Part shown: in pieces, positions 59,684 through 64,000 of the stretch
Layout of the letters: each line of letters begins with the position of its first letter
Position numbering within the stretch: the first letter of the stretch is position 1
DNA from: Tetramitus jugosus
Taxonomy: Eukaryota > Protista > Heterolobosea
DNA length: 64,000 nt
NCBI GenBank assembly: GCA_937625935.1
Contig: OW569391.1
Location: 317,949-381,948, forward strand
Direction of reading: 5' to 3'
Notes under the pieces: generated by a model
Told to the model about the DNA's origin: nothing
Database searches by the model: none
The model's input: only the letters and a program-made list of their open reading frames with translations
Position numbers and translations under genes: made by a program

Positions 59684-59945
59684 GGCGGAACCAGCCGTTT
59701 CGGCCTAGAAAAGCTTTTTTACAGAGGAACTATCTGGTTCCGCCTAAAAATTGGACTCACAAGCGGAACTATCTGGTTCCGCCTAAACTTTCGACGTTAC
59801 AGAGGAACCAGCTGGTTCCACCTAAAACTTGACTTTGTCAGTGGAACTATCTGGTTCCGCCTGTAATATGGCTTTTTCAGTGGAACCAGCTGGTTCCGCC
59901 TAAATGCACACATGTCTAAGAGGAACCAGATAGTTCCGCATAAAA
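59684..59945. repeat. Array of 7 palindromic repeats, 39-bp period, variable spacers
   Basis: GGAAC starts at 59687, 59726, 59765, 59804, 59843, 59882 and 59922; consensus GGAACYAKCTGGTTCCGCCTAAA. Confidence 0.9.
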
Positions 59946-60441
59946 AGATTTCTACAGAGAAACTTGGAACTAGATCAGAAAGGTTCTAACATCTGAAGGA
60001 AGATACATTGTGACAGAGACGGTTGAACTGCAAGATTGAAGTCCTTCATAAATTGTTTGTAATGCTTAGTCGGTGAATACAATAGAATGATGAATGCATT
60101 CTCGACTGGGAATGACATTGTCCAGTAACCGAAACGTGGGGAAAGGAAAAGACCAAGGACACGGCAGGAAATATTTTGTAACAAAGAATGATGAAGGAAC
60201 TTAAACTCCTTTGATGAAGGTTAAACATGGATGAAGGATTGTTGTTAGGATTACAATGAGAGTTTTGACATCGAGGGCAGAGATGCATGGAGCGAATGAT
60301 TGAGTGAGAGGGAGTTGTAACACGTGTTAGGAAGAAATATCAAGGAAGTGAGAACAAGATTACAATGATGGGCATTGTATTCCTGCATAAAAATTGATTT
60401 TGAGATGATTTTGAGATTTTGATGAGAAAATGACCTTTGAC

Positions 60442-60460
60442 TTGGGTTTGGGTTTGGGTT
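60442..60460 (+). repeat. Interstitial telomeric repeats at the retroelement 3' junction
   Basis: TTGGGTTTGGGTTTGGGTT. Confidence 0.85.
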
Positions 60461-62230
60461 CAAACACTCCACTATGGGGCGCGAGAGTGGCGAGTGAGAT
60501 GTTGTTGTTGTTTGTTAGTTGTGGTATATTTACGTGCAACACAGGTATTCGGGCTGGACGCAAATCTAGTGCGGTGCCTAAACATGAGCACTCTACACCA
60601 CAACTTTATTATTTATACTAAAAGTGCAGGTCAACTTGGCTGCACAAAAGTCTTGAACCTTGGAAGATTGCAATTGCCCATTGGGCCGATAAAAATGGTC
60701 CGTAGGACCATTTTAATTGGCCGTTGGCGATTTGCACTGTAGTCGGAGCCGTACCCCGTACGGTTTATCCTGACTACGAATCTTGTGGTTCAGTACCACT
60801 TGTAGTCCATGCTATCAAGTTTGCGTTTCTTGATGCGAGGTGCACTCTGCATTAACGTACAACCCTTTGTATCTCTCATTCTCTTAGATACAACGGTTGT
60901 ATTCACGTTGCAAGAGTCCCATGTGGACTGTGAAGGAGTTGTTTTGTGTCGTTTGGCCATTGCCGCTTCGACAGCCTCCTTTTCCCTCAAGTACCTCTTA
61001 TTTTGGGTCTTGGGTGGGTTTGGGCGCAGGTGCGTTGCTGACTTCGTCAGCATCACGCACCCGCGTGATGTTTTGCGAAGTCGCAATTGCAACTGGCGTC
61101 TAATTGTTGAATAACCACTTCCCCTTTCCGAAAATGATCGGATCAGTCGTTGTGCAGCAAATGAAGTACGCTGCCAACGTCGTTTGTGGTTACCAACAAC
61201 AACGTCCATCAATGTTCTTGCCATTTTCTTCTTTTCTTCTTCGTTTGGCATTTGATCACATTGTTGCACCCAAGTGTTGAATTTGGTTTTGCATGCGTGC
61301 AGAACTTCCCTAATGTTGGGAAGTCTGACATTGCAAATGACCAATTCCTTTGGCAAGTCAATCTCATTGAAGAGAGAAATGGCATTTATCAATTGTCGAT
61401 AATTGATGCCACTGCCAGAGTGTAACACTTTCCAAATTGGTGGAATTTTTGGTTTGTGTTGCAAGTCCAATTTTTGTTGGTACTTGATCACTCTGGCTTG
61501 CCAGTCAATTGATTTGCAGTATCGTTCAACGAGTGCAAAGTAATTGTTCTTTTTGAACATTCGTTGAACGAAATGGTGGTCATAACCTCTTCGGATTAAC
61601 CGAGAGGCAAACAATGTTCGAATTGAATCGAATTGTTTGAAGTGATCAACAAGGCGAGCGTATCTTACCAACTCACCTGTGATCAGACCTTTCCTTGCTG
61701 CAAATGAAGACGCTGACTTGTACATGGAGTACATGTACTTGTTCAATGGCTTCTGGTAGACATTGAAGTGAAAGCGCCATAATGGAACTGCAAAGTTCTC
61801 ATAATACTTTTCCAATTGGATGTGCAAATCCAGGAAAACATTATTGTCTGCTTTGCAGAGTTTCAAATCCGAACCATTGTACATGTTGACAATGGTAGGT
61901 ATGCACTCTTTTGTGCAAGCAATGAACAAATCGTCAATGTACCTCACTGCAATGCAGTGGGATCTGTTGACTTTGGTCAAGTGTTGCAACTCATAAGCAA
62001 GTAGCACAAGGTTGGCTAATTCAGGCGCACAATTTGTGCCCATTGGAAGGCCAATTACTTGTTTAAAAATGCTATTGTTGAGTTCCTCACATCTAATGTA
62101 TGTGCAGGTTAACACAAAATGCAACAACAATTTCATTGCACCAATTTCTTGACTTGTCCAAGTGTTTGGTTCAAGTTGTTGCATCATTTCAAAGATGTAC
62201 TCCATATTTGTTTTGATGACGTCATGTCTC
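60461..62230 (-). mobile_element. 5'-truncated Penelope-like retroelement (RT ORF 60790 to about 62230, structured 3'UTR)
   Basis: KQVIGLPMGTNCAPELANL, RYIDD, FLDL, VYQKP, GELVRY, LIRRGY. RT motif A is missing because the ORF runs into telomeric repeats. No GIY-YIG in the retained C-terminal part. Confidence 0.9.
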
Positions 62231-62252
62231 TGGGTTGGGTTTGGGTTTGGGG
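62231..62252 (+). repeat. Interstitial telomeric repeats capping the truncated 5' end of the retroelement
   Basis: TGGGTTGGGTTTGGGTTTGGGG. Confidence 0.85.
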
Positions 62253-63241
62253 TACGCAGTATTTAAATAACCTGCTTTTTTAGACGTTTCCTTTTTAGGC
62301 AGGTTGTTTTTTGAGATTTTTTTATTGCTCTAAAAGCTTCAACTGATTGAGTTGAAGAGTTTGGCGTGATTTTCAACTCAATTTGAGCTTTATCAGCTCA
62401 TAAAGGAGACATATATGCTGTATGTAACAGATTTTTAACGGCAACAGTGTTAAAACGGCAACAGATTCCAGTCGATTTTGATCCTGTACTGGAGTTAAGA
62501 CATTCGAGTGAAACATGGTTTCTTTGTTTTGGATCAGGGGATTGAGACAGTATTGGGACATTATTTGATCATTTTTAACATGATTATCTTCCAACTATAT
62601 TTTTTGCCTCAGTTTCTGAGTACCTGATTTTTCAGAAATTTTGACAGACTTGATTTAGTGTTTTTCTGGATAGAATCGACAGTTTTTATCAAATAATCAC
62701 TGTAGAATCATATATTTTATCTATTATTGAGACTTTTCGTTTTAAAATTCTGTAAAACAGTGAAATAGTGAAGTTTCCAATTTGAATCAAGTTTATAGTT
62801 GAAATGTCTGACTCAACCCGTCAAAAATTCAGAGTACTAGCGTTTGTGAATGACTAATCAGTTTTATGAATGTAATAGACTGAAAATCTTGGAAATAATT
62901 CTTCTTCTGAGAGATATTAACTCTGATAGAATGAGATTTCCAATTTTGTTTTGTTGAGTGCAGAGTTGAATACCCAACCCGTCATAACTGAAGAGAAATA
63001 GAAATGATTACTCATAAAACGTATATTGACTCCCTAGCTTGCCTCAAATTCTTCCAGATGCTAAGCATTTAATGAGAAGATTTCTGTTTTCAACAAAAAC
63101 TAAGGAGTGAATGTCAAAGGATAGAGAGAAATGGACTGAGCAATTTTATCTTCCATTCATGTTGTTTGAACAGATTTTAGATGATAGATCGATTCTGTTT
63201 TGAATTTGGATGAAATATTTGATTTTTGGGAAAGAAGTCGA

Positions 63242-64000
63242 TTTGGGTTTGGGTTTGGGTTTGGGTTTGGGTTTGGGTTTGGGTTTGGGTTTGGGTTTGG
63301 GTTTGGGTTTGGGTTTGGGTTTGGGTTTGGGTTTGGGTTTGGGTTTGGGTTTGGGTTTGGGTTTGGGTTTGGGTTTGGGTTTGGGTTTGGGTTTGGGTTT
63401 GGGTTTGGGTTTGGGTTTGGGTTTGGGTTTGGGTTTGGGTTTGGGTTTGGGTTTGGGTTTGGGTTTGGGTTTGGGTTTGGGTTTGGGTTTGGGTTTGGGT
63501 TTGGGTTTGGGTTTGGGTTTGGGTTTGGGTTTGGGTTTGGGTTTGGGTTTGGGTTTGGGTTTGGGTTTGGGTTTGGGTTTGGGTTTGGGTTTGGGTTTGG
63601 GTTTGGGTTTGGGTTTGGGTTTGGGTTTGGGTTTGGGTTTGGGTTTGGGTTTGGGTTTGGGTTTGGGTTTGGGTTTGGGTTTGGGTTTGGGTTTGGGTTT
63701 GGGTTTGGGTTTGGGTTTGGGTTTGGGTTTGGGTTTGGGTTTGGGTTTGGGTTTGGGTTTGGGTTTGGGTTTGGGTTTGGGTTTGGGTTTGGGTTTGGGT
63801 TTGGGTTTGGGTTTGGGTTTGGGTTTGGGTTTGGGTTTGGGTTTGGGTTTGGGTTTGGGTTTGGGTTTGGGTTTGGGTTTGGGTTTGGGTTTGGGTTTGG
63901 GTTTGGGTTTGGGTTTGGGTTTGGGTTTGGGTTTGGGTTTGGGTTTGGGTTTGGGGTTGGGTTTGGGTTTGGGTTGGGTTTGGTTTGGGTTTGGGTTTGG
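63242..64000 (+). repeat. Terminal telomere (TTTGGG)n
   Basis: About 760 bp of near-perfect hexamer running to the window end, G-rich strand 5'->3' outward. Confidence 0.98.

Noticed and set aside
59684-59945. CRISPR array
   Set aside because: Eukaryotic subtelomere, no cas genes, and linkers only about 15 bp with partly shared ends. Kept as a palindrome array.
61030-61070. Hammerhead ribozyme at CTGACGA (minus strand)
   Set aside because: No downstream GAAA core with stem II; it forms a simple hairpin.
60790-62205. Telomerase reverse transcriptase (TERT)
   Set aside because: Motifs (GLPMG..AP.LANL, YQKP, RGY) are Penelope-type; no T/CP motifs; the ORF is truncated.
63242-64000. Ciliate (Paramecium-like) origin suggested by TTTGGG
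   Set aside because: TAA and TAG are used as stops in conserved genes, and introns are far longer than Paramecium's.
63950-64000. Variant telomere repeats at the extreme end
   Set aside because: A few single-base variants at the contig end are most simply read or consensus errors.

Overview
Right-hand end of a chromosome from a gene-dense, AT-rich microbial eukaryote. It uses the standard genetic code and short (about 60-170 nt) GT-AG introns, carries the flagellar gene IFT140, and ends in a (TTTGGG)n telomere; a heterolobosean/Naegleria-like protist is my inference, not a proven assignment. Positions 1-37 kb are ordinary housekeeping genes (RRM protein, HD protein, SMC2, SYF2, RFWD3, class III cyclase, KAR, MAD3, ALDH6A1, triple cytochrome b5, TFB2, IFT140, PRP31, MYB) plus two tRNAs. 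A 5'-truncated LINE with a 12-bp TSD sits about 50 bp upstream of tRNA-Ile. From 37 kb the region is subtelomeric and accessory. The most striking signal is an ankyrin-pseudokinase-HECT gene in which each 33-aa ankyrin repeat is split into a 96-nt exon plus a separate 3-nt (one-codon) micro-exon, and one junction has two such micro-exons. Next come a six-member family of uncharacterised, probably nuclear proteins with an inverted chimeric duplication; cysE, cysK, viral-fibre and RCC1 gene fragments; a secreted His-brace (LPMO-like) gene; and a 39-bp-period palindrome array. A 5'-truncated Penelope-like RT is bracketed by telomeric repeats on both sides, ahead of about 760 bp of terminal telomere.
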